In this document: piece by piece, positions 34,985 to 44,935 of the stretch
How positions within the stretch are numbered: the stretch's first letter is position 1
Layout: each line of letters begins with the position of its first letter
NCBI GenBank assembly: GCA_021792295.1
Contig: JAJYUY010000001.1
Location: 6,409-70,408, forward strand
From: Candidatus Micrarchaeota archaeon
Lineage (GTDB): Archaea; Micrarchaeota; Micrarchaeia; Micrarchaeales; Micrarchaeaceae
Length of the DNA: 64,000 bases
Direction: 5' to 3'
The notes under the pieces: generated by a model
Database searches by the model: none
Seen by the model: only the letters and a program-made list of their open reading frames with translations
What the model was told of the DNA's origin: nothing
Position numbers and translations under genes: made by a program

Positions 34985-36145
34985 ATGGCGCTGCAGATAA
35001 TATTCGATAAAAAGTCAAAGAAGCTGTACGTGGACGATCCCTCGACTATGGACATACTCCGCGGCAGCCATTTCGGCAACGCTGAGCGGGGCAGGCTGGC
35101 GCTAAGGCCGGAGGAGGCGCTTTACATCATGGACGTCAGGAAGGGCTCGTGCACCGACACCTACGGCAACACCGCAACGTTCAACACCATAGCATCCACA
35201 TTCAACACAAAGAAGTTCATGGCGAGGTACTTCACCTACAAGGACTGGAGGGACAAAGGCCTTGTCGTGAGGTACATCGGCGATGCGCAGATGCACGGCG
35301 CCAGGGCGCAGCAGACAAAGAGGTACTCTGCGTCGGCCGCGAAGCCCAAGATACTGAGAATGAGCGCAGCCTTTTTTCCTGCCGACCTAATAGCCGTCGT
35401 AGACGACCCTGAGAAGGGCAGGTCGATCTACGAGCAGCTATGGCTCGGTCAATACGGGACATACAAGATGCAGGACCACGGCTCATTCAACAAGCTGGAC
35501 ATCTATGAGACTATGTTTCTGATCGAAAGGAAGCGCCTAAGCATAACAAACTCCACAAAAGCCAGGATACTACGTGCTGCGACAGAGAGGAGGCGCGACT
35601 TCTGGAAGCTATACAATGTCTATTCCGATTGGAGGAGCAAGGGCTACGTCATAAAAACAGGGTTCAAGTTCGGCACGCACTTCCGACTCTATTTCCCGGG
35701 CGCAAGGCCTGTCAAGGGCAACAACTGGGTGCACTCTATGCACGTGATCCACGTGTTTCCGAGGGACGCCAAGCTGCTCATCTCTGAATGGGCTAGAGTC
35801 ATAAGGGTCGCGCACTCGGTAAGAAAGACCTTTATACTAGCAATACCTGGGAGAAGCAGGAGGAAGAGCCTAGATGCCGACTTCGTGCTCTACCATCGTA
35901 AGGGCGGCAACACCGAAACCCCAAGCGATTCCGCGCCAAGGTTCGAGATGCTGTCGCTTAGCGAGGAGGAGTACATAGGGGGAGCAGAGCTCTCGGCGAT
36001 AATAAATAGGGTGAAGGAGAACGGCAAGGAGCTGATAATTGCGATAGCCGACAGGGAGACGGCGGTCACATACTACAAGGTCAGGCGCATCGAGCTGCAG
36101 GGCAGCACGTATGAATATTACGAGATCGACTGGATGCAGCCGTGA
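34985..36145 (+). CDS. endA: tRNA-splicing endonuclease, long three-unit form
   Basis: 386 aa. Unit 1 has an N-domain plus a truncated C-domain (YFTYKDWRDKGLVVRY). Unit 2 is a full catalytic unit (YSDWRSKGYVIKTGFKFGTHFRLYFPG...HSMHVIHV...AHSVRKTFILA). Unit 3 is structural (...ELIIAIADRETAVTYYKVRRIEL). Confidence 0.8.
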   Translation: MALQIIFDKKSKKLYVDDPSTMDILRGSHFGNAERGRLALRPEEALYIMDVRKGSCTDTYGNTATFNTIASTFNTKKFMARYFTYKDWRDKGLVVRYIGDAQMHGARAQQTKRYSASAAKPKILRMSAAFFPADLIAVVDDPEKGRSIYEQLWLGQYGTYKMQDHGSFNKLDIYETMFLIERKRLSITNSTKARILRAATERRRDFWKLYNVYSDWRSKGYVIKTGFKFGTHFRLYFPGARPVKGNNWVHSMHVIHVFPRDAKLLISEWARVIRVAHSVRKTFILAIPGRSRRKSLDADFVLYHRKGGNTETPSDSAPRFEMLSLSEEEYIGGAELSAIINRVKENGKELIIAIADRETAVTYYKVRRIELQGSTYEYYEIDWMQP

Positions 36146-36149
36146 GCGC

Positions 36150-37247
36150 ATGGAGGTAAACGACATAGTCTATGGGCGCAGCGTTATAGACAATGAAATA
36201 TTGCAGGATCTTATAAAAAGCAGGCCCTTCCAGAGGCTTAAGGGCGTATGCCAGCAGGGGGTGCCGAGGGGCTATATAACGCAGAATCAACCTGATTTCT
36301 CCAGATACGAGCATTCGATAGGGGTCATGCTCGCATTGAAGAGATTCAATGCGCCTCTCGAAGAGCAGGTGGCCGGCCTTCTCCACGACGTGTCCCATAC
36401 GGCGTTCTCGCATCTTGTAGACTACGTATTCGGCAGCGGCGTAGGGGAAGACTACCAGGACTCAATCCACTGGGAGTTCTTCAAAGAGGGTTCAGAGCTC
36501 AGCGATATACTCAAGAGCCATTCGATCGATCCAAAGCGGATATCAAAGCCATGGCTTTATCCGCTTTTGGAGCGCGAGCAACCTGAGATGTGCGCTGACA
36601 GATTTGATTATACGCTGAGATACTTTGCCCACATCGGCGGCAACGACTTCGTCACCACCTCACTGTCATCCGCGATCAACAGAGACTCCACAATACTATT
36701 TACCTCATTTCCCCAAGCACGCGAATTTGCGATAAGGCACCTCAAGGTATGGAATGGCGTACTCGGAGGATATGGCGAGCTCTACCAAGACATGCGAGTC
36801 AGGTATTACCTCCTCAGCTCAGCCCTAATAGAGGCGATAGAAACGGGGCTTATAAAGCGGAGCGATTTCGATGGCTCGGATTTACACGTGATGAAAAAGC
36901 TTGAAGCATCCAAATCCAAGAGCATAACCAGAATACTCAACGTACTAAAAAACGACATGGAGTTTGAGTTGTCGGATTCACGCAAAAATCAAAAAGTTAT
37001 CCTCTTTTCCAAGTTCCGATATGTAGACCCGATCTACTTAACTGAAGGCAAAGCACGACGAGTGAGCGATACTGACGTTGAGTTCGAGAAATTGGTGAAA
37101 GAGGTGAGGGAACGCAACAAGGCTGGCGTGGGGATCGCAAGCATAAAAGGGATAGAACTGCCGATACTGCCCACACGTTCCGGCACCAACACGCATGAGC
37201 AGAAAAAGCGGGCCCAGGGGGATTTGGACCCCCGACATACTGGTTAA
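36150..37247 (+). CDS. HD-domain phosphohydrolase
   Basis: FQRLKGVCQQG...SRYEHSIGVMLALKRF...GLLHDVSHTAFSH. ATG 36150 lies just after the endA stop. The last ~39 nt overlap tRNA-Lys on the other strand. Confidence 0.75.
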   Translation: MEVNDIVYGRSVIDNEILQDLIKSRPFQRLKGVCQQGVPRGYITQNQPDFSRYEHSIGVMLALKRFNAPLEEQVAGLLHDVSHTAFSHLVDYVFGSGVGEDYQDSIHWEFFKEGSELSDILKSHSIDPKRISKPWLYPLLEREQPEMCADRFDYTLRYFAHIGGNDFVTTSLSSAINRDSTILFTSFPQAREFAIRHLKVWNGVLGGYGELYQDMRVRYYLLSSALIEAIETGLIKRSDFDGSDLHVMKKLEASKSKSITRILNVLKNDMEFELSDSRKNQKVILFSKFRYVDPIYLTEGKARRVSDTDVEFEKLVKEVRERNKAGVGIASIKGIELPILPTRSGTNTHEQKKRAQGDLDPRHTG

Positions 37248-37282
37248 GAGCCAGTCGCTCTACCATGCTGAGCTATGGGCCC
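37209..37282 (-). tRNA. tRNA-Lys (CTT)
   Basis: Reverse complement: GGGCCCA TA GCTC AGCATGGTA GAGC G ACTGG CTCTTAA CCAGT ATGTC GGGGG TCCAAAT CCCCC TGGGCCC G. The T loop reads TCC rather than TTC. Confidence 0.9.
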
Positions 37283-37311
37283 AAGATGCAGAACAGATAT
37301 GTTGCGAGAGC

Positions 37312-37319
37312 TATAAATA
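37312..37319 (-). promoter_or_regulatory. TATA-like box for tRNA-Lys
   Basis: The minus strand reads ctatttatag, ~30 nt upstream of the tRNA 5' end (37282) and immediately after the stop of the upstream gene. Confidence 0.4.
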
Positions 37320-37320
37320 G

Positions 37321-38034
37321 CTAATCCTTGATGCAAGGACCTCCCCCATGTTCTGCGCGCCCAAGATCCCTAATTGCATAAAGTGTTATTACGGCGCTCA
37401 CACCACGCTTTCTCAAACCCCTGACATATGCAAGCACCCTCTCCCTGTCTCCGCGCATAACGTCCTTGAGACACCATCCGACGCCCTTGCACACAAGATC
37501 CTCCTTGTCCCATATAAGGTTTTCACAAAGTCTGAGCGCCGCGTCCGTATACTTTCCACTCTCGCCAACCTTCCGTACAAACGCTACGACACTAGCCCTC
37601 CTTTTCCAAACGCTTCCCGATCCATTCCACGCTCTCAGCAGTCCGATCGTTTCTTTTGGGTGCCTCTCTAGTAACGGCTGAAGCACACCGATGCAGAAAT
37701 CATCGGTCTGGGACCAACTAGACAGCCCTCTGGCTACCCGATCAAGAACCGCAAGGTTTCCCTTTTCAATACATTGATTTCTGCGCTTAAGTATGTAATT
37801 ACCGGCAAGCTTCATCTCCTCAAATTCGCTCCTATAAAATCGCTCCGCCAGCTTCAGCGCCTCCCTGCACGTGAGCAACATTATCTCCCTCCTGTAGGCC
37901 CTAAGAATCACATCGAGCCTCTTCGAGCCGACCCCGAGCTCCCCATACCCACCATACTTATGGAAAACCCTGTTCCTCTTTGCCCGTACTGGGTTTCTTC
38001 CCCTAATGATATCCCTGCGAATCTGGGAGTACAA
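37321..38034 (-). CDS. DNA alkylation repair protein (AlkD-like HEAT-repeat family)
   Basis: ...SSWSQTDDFCIGVLQPLL...LRAWNGSGSVWKRRASVVAFVRKV...KGVGWCLKDV. Confidence 0.65.
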   Translation of the reverse strand: MYSQIRRDIIRGRNPVRAKRNRVFHKYGGYGELGVGSKRLDVILRAYRREIMLLTCREALKLAERFYRSEFEEMKLAGNYILKRRNQCIEKGNLAVLDRVARGLSSWSQTDDFCIGVLQPLLERHPKETIGLLRAWNGSGSVWKRRASVVAFVRKVGESGKYTDAALRLCENLIWDKEDLVCKGVGWCLKDVMRGDRERVLAYVRGLRKRGVSAVITLYAIRDLGRAEHGGGPCIKD

Positions 38035-38065
38035 CGCATCAATTGAAACAGAATCACTCCCTCAA

Positions 38066-38458
38066 TTAGTAGATCAGGACTAGGATGACACTTAATATTA
38101 TAAGCACGTCCATGGATAGGCACCATACACATACTTTGCCTATGAGGTACATGGACATAGTCGAATAGGCCACTCCTCCAACCCCAACAATGAGCCACAT
38201 ATTCATCAGAACGCCTTTCTCCTTGTAGAAAACAAGCGACGCAAACACAATAAACCAGACAAGGAGTAGCACAGCCAGCGGTATCCCTAAGACCACCGAG
38301 AAGCTGCTGTTGAGGACCGCACCGCAGTTTATCAGGCCGGTGTCGGTACATGCAACCTGTGTGTCTGTGTAGTGCGCGTATGTGAGGTAGGCGCCAACCG
38401 CTACCCCGACAAGCGATATCAACATCAGCGCAACATGAACCCTATCCAATGAAATCAT
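38066..38458 (-). CDS. vitamin K epoxide reductase (VKOR)-family membrane protein
   Basis: Four TM helices. Loop cysteines VACTDTGLINCGAV. Active-site CVWC. Confidence 0.75.
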   Translation of the reverse strand: MISLDRVHVALMLISLVGVAVGAYLTYAHYTDTQVACTDTGLINCGAVLNSSFSVVLGIPLAVLLLVWFIVFASLVFYKEKGVLMNMWLIVGVGGVAYSTMSMYLIGKVCVWCLSMDVLIILSVILVLIY

Positions 38459-39764
38459 CCACGAATCTCTTCAGGGCGCGATCGAGTCCTCTCCCCCTGG
38501 GCATAAGTTCATACGTCACCTTCACTATCGGCTTGTTGGCTTTGACCAGCGAGCTCAGGTCGATCGGCGTGGCTGAAACCACCACATCGCATCTGGCATT
38601 GTTTATCGTTTCCTCCAGGTCCTTTATCTGCCTTTTGCTGTACCCCATGGCTGGCAGTTCCTGCCCGAGGTTCCTATACTTGTCGAACGTGTCCTTTATG
38701 GTGCCCACCGCGTAGTCCTTCGCGAAGACGATGCTCCGCGCCCTGTACTTCCTGGCGGCTATCGTCCCCGCGCCTATCCTCATTCCACCATGCGTTATTG
38801 TCGGCCCGTCCTCTACAACCAGAACCCGTTTGCCCTTTATCGCCGATCCATCCGCGCTAACCACCGAATCTGCATAAACAATGGCTCCTTTGTCATTTAT
38901 CGACTTCAGGTCATCAACTAGCATCGTAAGCTCGGTCTTGGTCGCCGTGTTCACTTTGTTAACAAGCAGCAGGTCCGCCATCCTTACCACCGTCTCCCCC
39001 GGATAATAGGTCATCTCGTTCCCCGCCCTGAGCGGGTCGGCCACCGTAATAAGGAAATCGGGCTTGTAGAACGAGGCATCGTTGTTGCCCCCGTCCCACA
39101 AGATCACATCCGCCTCCTTCTCCGCTGCCCTTAGTATTTTCTCGTAATCAACCCCAGCGAACACCACGAACCCGTTGCGTATGTGCGTCTCGTATTCCTC
39201 GCGCTCCTCTATAGTCGCCTTGAACCTGTCAAGGTCCTTCAGCGTGGCAAACCGCTCGACTATCTCGTCCCTAAGCACCCCATACGGCATCGGGTGCCTC
39301 ACTATTGCAACCCTGATCCCCCTACTATTGAAAAACTTAGCCACGTACCTAGAGGTTTGACTCTTGCCGCTTCCAGTCCTGACCGCACACACCGCAAAGA
39401 CCGGCTTCCTTGACCTTATCATGGTGTGCCCAGGCGACGCGAGCCAAAAGTCTGCCCCGTGCGCGTTTGCAATGCTCGCTTTCTCCATCACCTCAACGTC
39501 AGGCAGGTCGCTGTACGCCATCATGCATATATCGATTCCATGCCTGTCGATAAGCGACTCGAGCTCGGATTCATCGTATATCCCTATGCCGTTCGGGTAG
39601 AGCGGCCCGGAAAGTTCCCTCGGATACCGTCTTCCGGATATGTAGGGTATCTGGTTGGCTGTGAATGCCACGACCTCATACTCCCTGTTTTCTCTGAACA
39701 GAACGTTGAAGTTGTGAAAGTCGCGCCCAGCCGCCCCAAGTATGATAACCTTTTTCCTTGCCAT
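38442..39764 (-). CDS. COG2403-type GTPase / cyclic 2,3-diphosphoglycerate-synthetase-like protein
   Basis: KKVIILGAAGRDFHNFN...VFAVCAVRTGSGKSQTSRYV (P-loop). 440 aa. Confidence 0.65.
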   Translation of the reverse strand: MARKKVIILGAAGRDFHNFNVLFRENREYEVVAFTANQIPYISGRRYPRELSGPLYPNGIGIYDESELESLIDRHGIDICMMAYSDLPDVEVMEKASIANAHGADFWLASPGHTMIRSRKPVFAVCAVRTGSGKSQTSRYVAKFFNSRGIRVAIVRHPMPYGVLRDEIVERFATLKDLDRFKATIEEREEYETHIRNGFVVFAGVDYEKILRAAEKEADVILWDGGNNDASFYKPDFLITVADPLRAGNEMTYYPGETVVRMADLLLVNKVNTATKTELTMLVDDLKSINDKGAIVYADSVVSADGSAIKGKRVLVVEDGPTITHGGMRIGAGTIAARKYRARSIVFAKDYAVGTIKDTFDKYRNLGQELPAMGYSKRQIKDLEETINNARCDVVVSATPIDLSSLVKANKPIVKVTYELMPRGRGLDRALKRFVDDFIG

Positions 39765-39928
39765 AGAATCACATACCTGTACTCACCCAAAGGATAAAAT
39801 AGTATCGATCAGATGGCGCAAAAACAAGCAACGATTATCTCGTCAAAATTGCCATAGAAAGGATTTTAAATACAAGAAAACAATGTATACCAAGCATAGT
39901 GCATTTTTCCCGTTTCTTAGTGTGTATA

Positions 39929-41839
39929 ATGGTCGATGGAGATTATAGCGCGAAGGACATATTGGTCCTGTCCGGTCCGCAGGGAGTCAGGAAGCGCCCT
40001 GCCATGTACATAGGGTCCACAGGCAGCGAAGGCTTCATCCACCTGCTATACGAGGTGCTTGACAATGCGATAGACGAGGCGCAGGCGGGTTACGCTAAGC
40101 ACATCACGATAAGACTCGACCGCGAAGACGGCATAGACGTCGCGGAGGTCAGCGACGACGGCAGGGGCATACCTGTCGGCATAATCGAAAAGGAGGGCAG
40201 GCCTGCGCTCGAGGTCATCATGACCTCGCTGCATGCGGGCGGCAAGTTCGAGAACAAGGCGTACAAGGTTTCAGGGGGGCTGCACGGGGTGGGGCTCACG
40301 GTCGTAAACGCGCTCTCCGAACACACGACAGTTACCGTAAGGAGGGACGGAAAGATATATTCGCAGAGGTTCAGCAGGGGCGAGGTAAAGTCTGGCTTGG
40401 AGATCGTAGGAAGCGTTGGCCCAAAGGAAACCGGCACCACCGTGAGGTTCAAACCAGATAGCATGATATTCTCTGCTAAGGGCTTCGACTCGATGGAGCT
40501 AAATGAGCGCCTGAAGGAGATCTCGTTCCTGAAGCCGATGATAGAGATACGCCTGATAGACGCACGTGATTCGGAGATCCCGAAAGAGACAGTATATCTG
40601 TCGGAGAACGGGTTGCCGGACTTCCTGGGGTTCATACGCGGTCAAACCCCCACAATAACCAAGCCTATAATAATAAAGCACGACGGCGACGGCGTGAAGA
40701 TAGAGGTCGCCCTGCAATATACAGAATCGTACAGCGAGAACCTCCTATCTTTCGTCAACATAATAAGGACCCCAGAGGGCGGCACCCACGTCGTCGGGTT
40801 TCACTCGGCCATAACCAGGGCGATCTCCAACTACATAAGCAAGAATGTAAGGAAGGCACCCATACAGATAACCGGGGACGACACGAGGGAGGGCCTTACC
40901 GGGGTAATCGCAATCTATCTGTCGAATCCCGAATTCGAGGGACAGACAAAGGAGAAGCTGGGCAACACCCAGGTAAAGAACATAGTGGATTCTGTTTTAT
41001 ACCCGCGTTTATCCTCCTACCTTGAGGAGAACCCTGGCGAGGCCTCGAAGCTGCTCGGGAAGGTATTTAACACTGCGCAGGCAAGGGAATCGGCGAGGAG
41101 GGCCAGGGACATAGTTCGGAAGAAGAACCTGTTTGAGGGCTCCATACTCCCAGGGAAGCTCGCCGACTGTAGCGAAGATGACCCTGCAAAATCTGAGATA
41201 TTCATTGTGGAGGGCGACAGCGCCGGTGGTAGCTCGAAACAAGGACGAAACCGTCGGTATCAGGCCATATTGCCGCTGAAGGGCAAGATACTCAACGTAG
41301 AGAAAGCCTCTGAGGAGAAAATATTCGGCAACGCTGAGATACACACGATGGTGACTGCCTTTGGGGTTGGCATCAAGGAGCAGTTCAAGCCAGAAGGATT
41401 GAGATACAACAAGATAATCCTGATGGCTGATGCGGATGTTGACGGCAGCCACATAAGGACGTTGCTGCTTACGTTCTTCTACAGGTTCATGCGCCCACTA
41501 ATAGACAGAGGCAACATTTACATAGCCCAGCCGCCCCTATACAAAGTATCAAAGGGCAAAGAGCACAGGTATGTTTACACAGATGCGCAGCTCGCGGAGA
41601 CCCTAAGGGCGATTGGCGAGAAATCCACAGTGCAGAGATACAAGGGCCTTGGCGAGATGAATGCAGAGCAGCTCTGGGAAACGACGATGAACCCGGAGAA
41701 CAGGGTGCTGAAAAAGGTGTCGATAAAGGATGCACAGATGGCCGAGGCTATTTTCACCGTGCTCATGGGGCTGGACGTAGAGCCGCGAAGGAAGTTCCTC
41801 GAGGAACACTCTCATGAGGTCTCGTTCCTCGATGTATAG
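39929..41839 (+). CDS. gyrB: DNA gyrase subunit B
   Basis: GPQGVRKRPAMYIGS, YEVLDNAIDE, GGLHGVG, EGDSAGGS, PLKGKILNVE, IILMADADVDGSHI. ATG 39929 is preferred over the ORF-track start at 39899. Confidence 0.95.
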   Translation: MVDGDYSAKDILVLSGPQGVRKRPAMYIGSTGSEGFIHLLYEVLDNAIDEAQAGYAKHITIRLDREDGIDVAEVSDDGRGIPVGIIEKEGRPALEVIMTSLHAGGKFENKAYKVSGGLHGVGLTVVNALSEHTTVTVRRDGKIYSQRFSRGEVKSGLEIVGSVGPKETGTTVRFKPDSMIFSAKGFDSMELNERLKEISFLKPMIEIRLIDARDSEIPKETVYLSENGLPDFLGFIRGQTPTITKPIIIKHDGDGVKIEVALQYTESYSENLLSFVNIIRTPEGGTHVVGFHSAITRAISNYISKNVRKAPIQITGDDTREGLTGVIAIYLSNPEFEGQTKEKLGNTQVKNIVDSVLYPRLSSYLEENPGEASKLLGKVFNTAQARESARRARDIVRKKNLFEGSILPGKLADCSEDDPAKSEIFIVEGDSAGGSSKQGRNRRYQAILPLKGKILNVEKASEEKIFGNAEIHTMVTAFGVGIKEQFKPEGLRYNKIILMADADVDGSHIRTLLLTFFYRFMRPLIDRGNIYIAQPPLYKVSKGKEHRYVYTDAQLAETLRAIGEKSTVQRYKGLGEMNAEQLWETTMNPENRVLKKVSIKDAQMAEAIFTVLMGLDVEPRRKFLEEHSHEVSFLDV

Positions 41840-41847
41840 GGATATGG

Positions 41848-44283
41848 ATGGCAGAAACAATCGAGACCAGCATCGAAAAGGAGATGCAATCAAGCTACAT
41901 AGACTACGCGATGAGCGTAATCATAGGCAGGGCGCTGCCTGATGTGAGGGACGGTCTCAAGCCTGCGCACAGAAGGATACTCTACGCTATGCACAAGTTG
42001 AACAACGTGCACAACCAACCGACAAAGAAGAGCGCCAGGATAGTCGGAGAGGTGATCGGAAAGTACCACCCACACGGTGACATAGCGGTATACGATACAC
42101 TGGTCAGGATGGCCCAGGACTTCTCGATGAACTACATGCTTGTCGAGGGCCAGGGCAACATGGGGAGCGTCGATGGAGACAGAGCCTCCGCGCAGAGATA
42201 TACTGAGGTGAGACTAACAAAATTGGCGGAGGAGGCACTGGAGGATCTGGACAAGGGGGCGGTGAAGATGGTTCCCAACTTCGACAACACAGAGGATGAA
42301 CCCACGCTGCTTCCAGCCAAGGTCCCGAACCTCCTCCTCAACGGATCATCCGGGATAGCCGTCGGGGTCGCGACAAACATACTACCTCACAACCTGTCGG
42401 AAGTGTGCGAGGCGATCACCGCATACCTGACTGACATGTCGGTCACTTCAGAAGAGTTGCTGAATTACATAAAAGGCCCAGACTTCCCTACCGGCGGAAC
42501 TGTATTCTACAACGAAGGTTTGCTGGCATCGTACCTTAAAGGCAGGGGCACAGTCGTCATAAGGGGCAAAGTGACGCGGGAGAAGCTGAAGAATCGCGAG
42601 GCGCTGGTAATAACAGAGATACCGTACACGGTGAACAAGGCGGACATGGTGGGCCAGATCGCGGAGATGGTAAAGGACAAGAAGATAAGCGGGATCTCTG
42701 ATATGCGCGATGAGAGCGGAAAGGAGGGTATACGGGTTGTTATAGAGCTGAGGCAGGAAGCAGAGCCGGAATACGTGCTCAACCAATTATACAAGCACAG
42801 CCAGCTCCAGATAAGCCTGCCAGTAATGAACATAGCTGTGCTGGGTAACAGCCTGCTGACGCTACAGCTCAGGGACTTCGTAAAGCATTTCGTCGATCAC
42901 AGGATAAGTGTGATAAAGAATAGGACCAATTTCGACCTTAGGATAGCGCGCGATCGCCTTCACATCGTAGATGGGCTTCTTGTTGCGGTCCAGAACATCG
43001 AGGAGGTGGTGGATCGCATAAAGAAAAGCAGTGAGATAAAGGGGGCGAGGGCGGCACTGATGGAGGTCTATTCTCTATCGGAGAAGCAGGCAAACGCCAT
43101 ACTCGACATGAAGCTAAGCAAGCTGACCGGGCTGGAGCGCGGGTCGCTGGAGACCGAGAAGACGGGCCTCACATCAAAGATAACCGAGCTCGAGGGCATA
43201 CTTGCAGATGAGTCGAAGGTGCTGAACATCATAAAAACGGAGACGGAATACCTGAAGAGCACGTACGGCAGGCCGCGGCGCACGCATATCGACAATTCAA
43301 CACCGCTTCTTATAGAGCGCGAGGACCTTATACAGGACGATGAGACAACGATAATACTCACGAAGAACAACTACATAAAGCGCATTCAGGCAAAGGCATA
43401 CAAGCAGCAGGACAGAGGCGGCAGGGGAGTCATATCCATATCGTTGAAGGAGGGGGACTCCGTTCGCGAGATAATCTCATGCAGGATGAAGGATTACCTG
43501 CTCATCATATCGAACAAGGGCAAGGCATACTGGCTGAAGACATACATGGTGCCGGAGGAGGGGAGGTACAGCGCCGGCAAGGCGGCGATAAACCTGGTCA
43601 AGTTCGAGGAGGGGGAGCACGCAGCAACGATAACGAACACGCGCATATTCGCAAACTCGTACCTAATATTCGTAACGGAGAAGGGTAAGATAAAGAGGGT
43701 CGCCGCTGAAAGCTTCTCGAAGCCGAGGGCCAACGGCATAAGGGCGATACACATGCAGGAGGGCGACTCGATATCCGATGTTTGCCTGTCGGACGGCTCT
43801 TCAGAACTGTTCATAGCGACAAGGAACGGGAAGGCGCTCCGGTTCAACGAGGGCGATATACGCGAAACAGGAAGGCAGGCGCAGGGGATGAGGGGCATAA
43901 GGCTCAACCCGCAGGACAGCGTGCTAAACATAATATCTGCGAAGCCGTCGGACATGATACTTTCTATAACCGAGAAGGGATTCGGAAAGATAACCGACTT
44001 GGGCCTCTACAGGCTTCAGCGCAGGGGCGGCAAGGGGGTCCTGAACCTGAAGATAAAGGAGAAGACTGGCGCTGTGGTGAGGTCATTGAAGGTTACGCAA
44101 TCCGATAACGTGCTTCTGATAAATTCCAAAGGAATTACTATTTCCTTCCCGGTTTCCGAAGTTAGGATAACCAGCAGGGCAGCCAGCGGCGTAAGGCTCA
44201 TGAAACTTGAACCAGGCACTAAGGTTGTTGATGCACAGGTTCTGCCGAAAGAGCAGACCACATCAAACCCCGAGCGCGTCTAA
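41848..44283 (+). CDS. gyrA: DNA gyrase subunit A
   Basis: DGLKPAHRRILYAM, GKYHPHGD, QRYTEVRL (active-site Tyr), followed by the C-terminal beta-pinwheel repeats. Confidence 0.95.
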   Translation: MAETIETSIEKEMQSSYIDYAMSVIIGRALPDVRDGLKPAHRRILYAMHKLNNVHNQPTKKSARIVGEVIGKYHPHGDIAVYDTLVRMAQDFSMNYMLVEGQGNMGSVDGDRASAQRYTEVRLTKLAEEALEDLDKGAVKMVPNFDNTEDEPTLLPAKVPNLLLNGSSGIAVGVATNILPHNLSEVCEAITAYLTDMSVTSEELLNYIKGPDFPTGGTVFYNEGLLASYLKGRGTVVIRGKVTREKLKNREALVITEIPYTVNKADMVGQIAEMVKDKKISGISDMRDESGKEGIRVVIELRQEAEPEYVLNQLYKHSQLQISLPVMNIAVLGNSLLTLQLRDFVKHFVDHRISVIKNRTNFDLRIARDRLHIVDGLLVAVQNIEEVVDRIKKSSEIKGARAALMEVYSLSEKQANAILDMKLSKLTGLERGSLETEKTGLTSKITELEGILADESKVLNIIKTETEYLKSTYGRPRRTHIDNSTPLLIEREDLIQDDETTIILTKNNYIKRIQAKAYKQQDRGGRGVISISLKEGDSVREIISCRMKDYLLIISNKGKAYWLKTYMVPEEGRYSAGKAAINLVKFEEGEHAATITNTRIFANSYLIFVTEKGKIKRVAAESFSKPRANGIRAIHMQEGDSISDVCLSDGSSELFIATRNGKALRFNEGDIRETGRQAQGMRGIRLNPQDSVLNIISAKPSDMILSITEKGFGKITDLGLYRLQRRGGKGVLNLKIKEKTGAVVRSLKVTQSDNVLLINSKGITISFPVSEVRITSRAASGVRLMKLEPGTKVVDAQVLPKEQTTSNPERV

Positions 44284-44596
44284 GCCCTTCTTCCCTATAA
44301 TCTGTCCTATGCATTTCGCTTTGCCAGTGAATCTGGTTCACTCTCTTATAAGCAAAGGATATCGCACGCTCCAAGTCCGTGCCAAGTGCGGTAACCTCGA
44401 GCGCCCTTCCACCTTCTGTTATGATTTTCCCATCCTCTGAATGCTTTGTTCCTGCATGGAAAACAAACGACCCTCTACTACCCGACCCGATCCCAGTAAT
44501 CACCTCTCCAACCTTTGGACCTGACTTGTAACCGTAACCCTTTGATGCCACAACAACAATCACCGCCGGCCTCGGATCCCACACCATTAGGGGCAT
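44219..44596 (-). pseudogene. purD: phosphoribosylamine--glycine ligase (PurD), C-terminal-domain remnant only
   Basis: PAVIVVVASKGYGYKSGPKVGEVITG...FVFHAGTK...GKIITEGGRALEVTALGTDLERAISFAYKRVNQIHW...HRTDY is the GARS C-domain pattern. An in-frame TAA at 44656-44654 limits the frame to ~145 codons. The 3' end overlaps gyrA by 65 nt. Confidence 0.6.
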
Positions 44597-44935
44597 CTGC
44601 GCCAGCTGCCCGGCACGGTCGCACCAATATACAGCACTATGTCCGATACCATCTTAATCGAAATATTAGCTCCTACAAGAAAATATTTTGAGTCTAACAG
44701 GGATCTTCTTGAACGGTTAGGCAACAATTTCCCATCATGACTGATCCAGAGGTATATACTGTTTATTACCTCCTTTGCCTAATCAATAACCGACCTATTC
44801 CCGGGCTCCGTTGAACCACTATCACTAATTTTCATGAAGAATAAATTTTACTTAGCTATACATTTGTGGAGTTAAGTAAATATTATACCTAAAGCTATAC
44901 GAGCCTTAAGGCCAGGGTTCTTAACCTGTAATATA

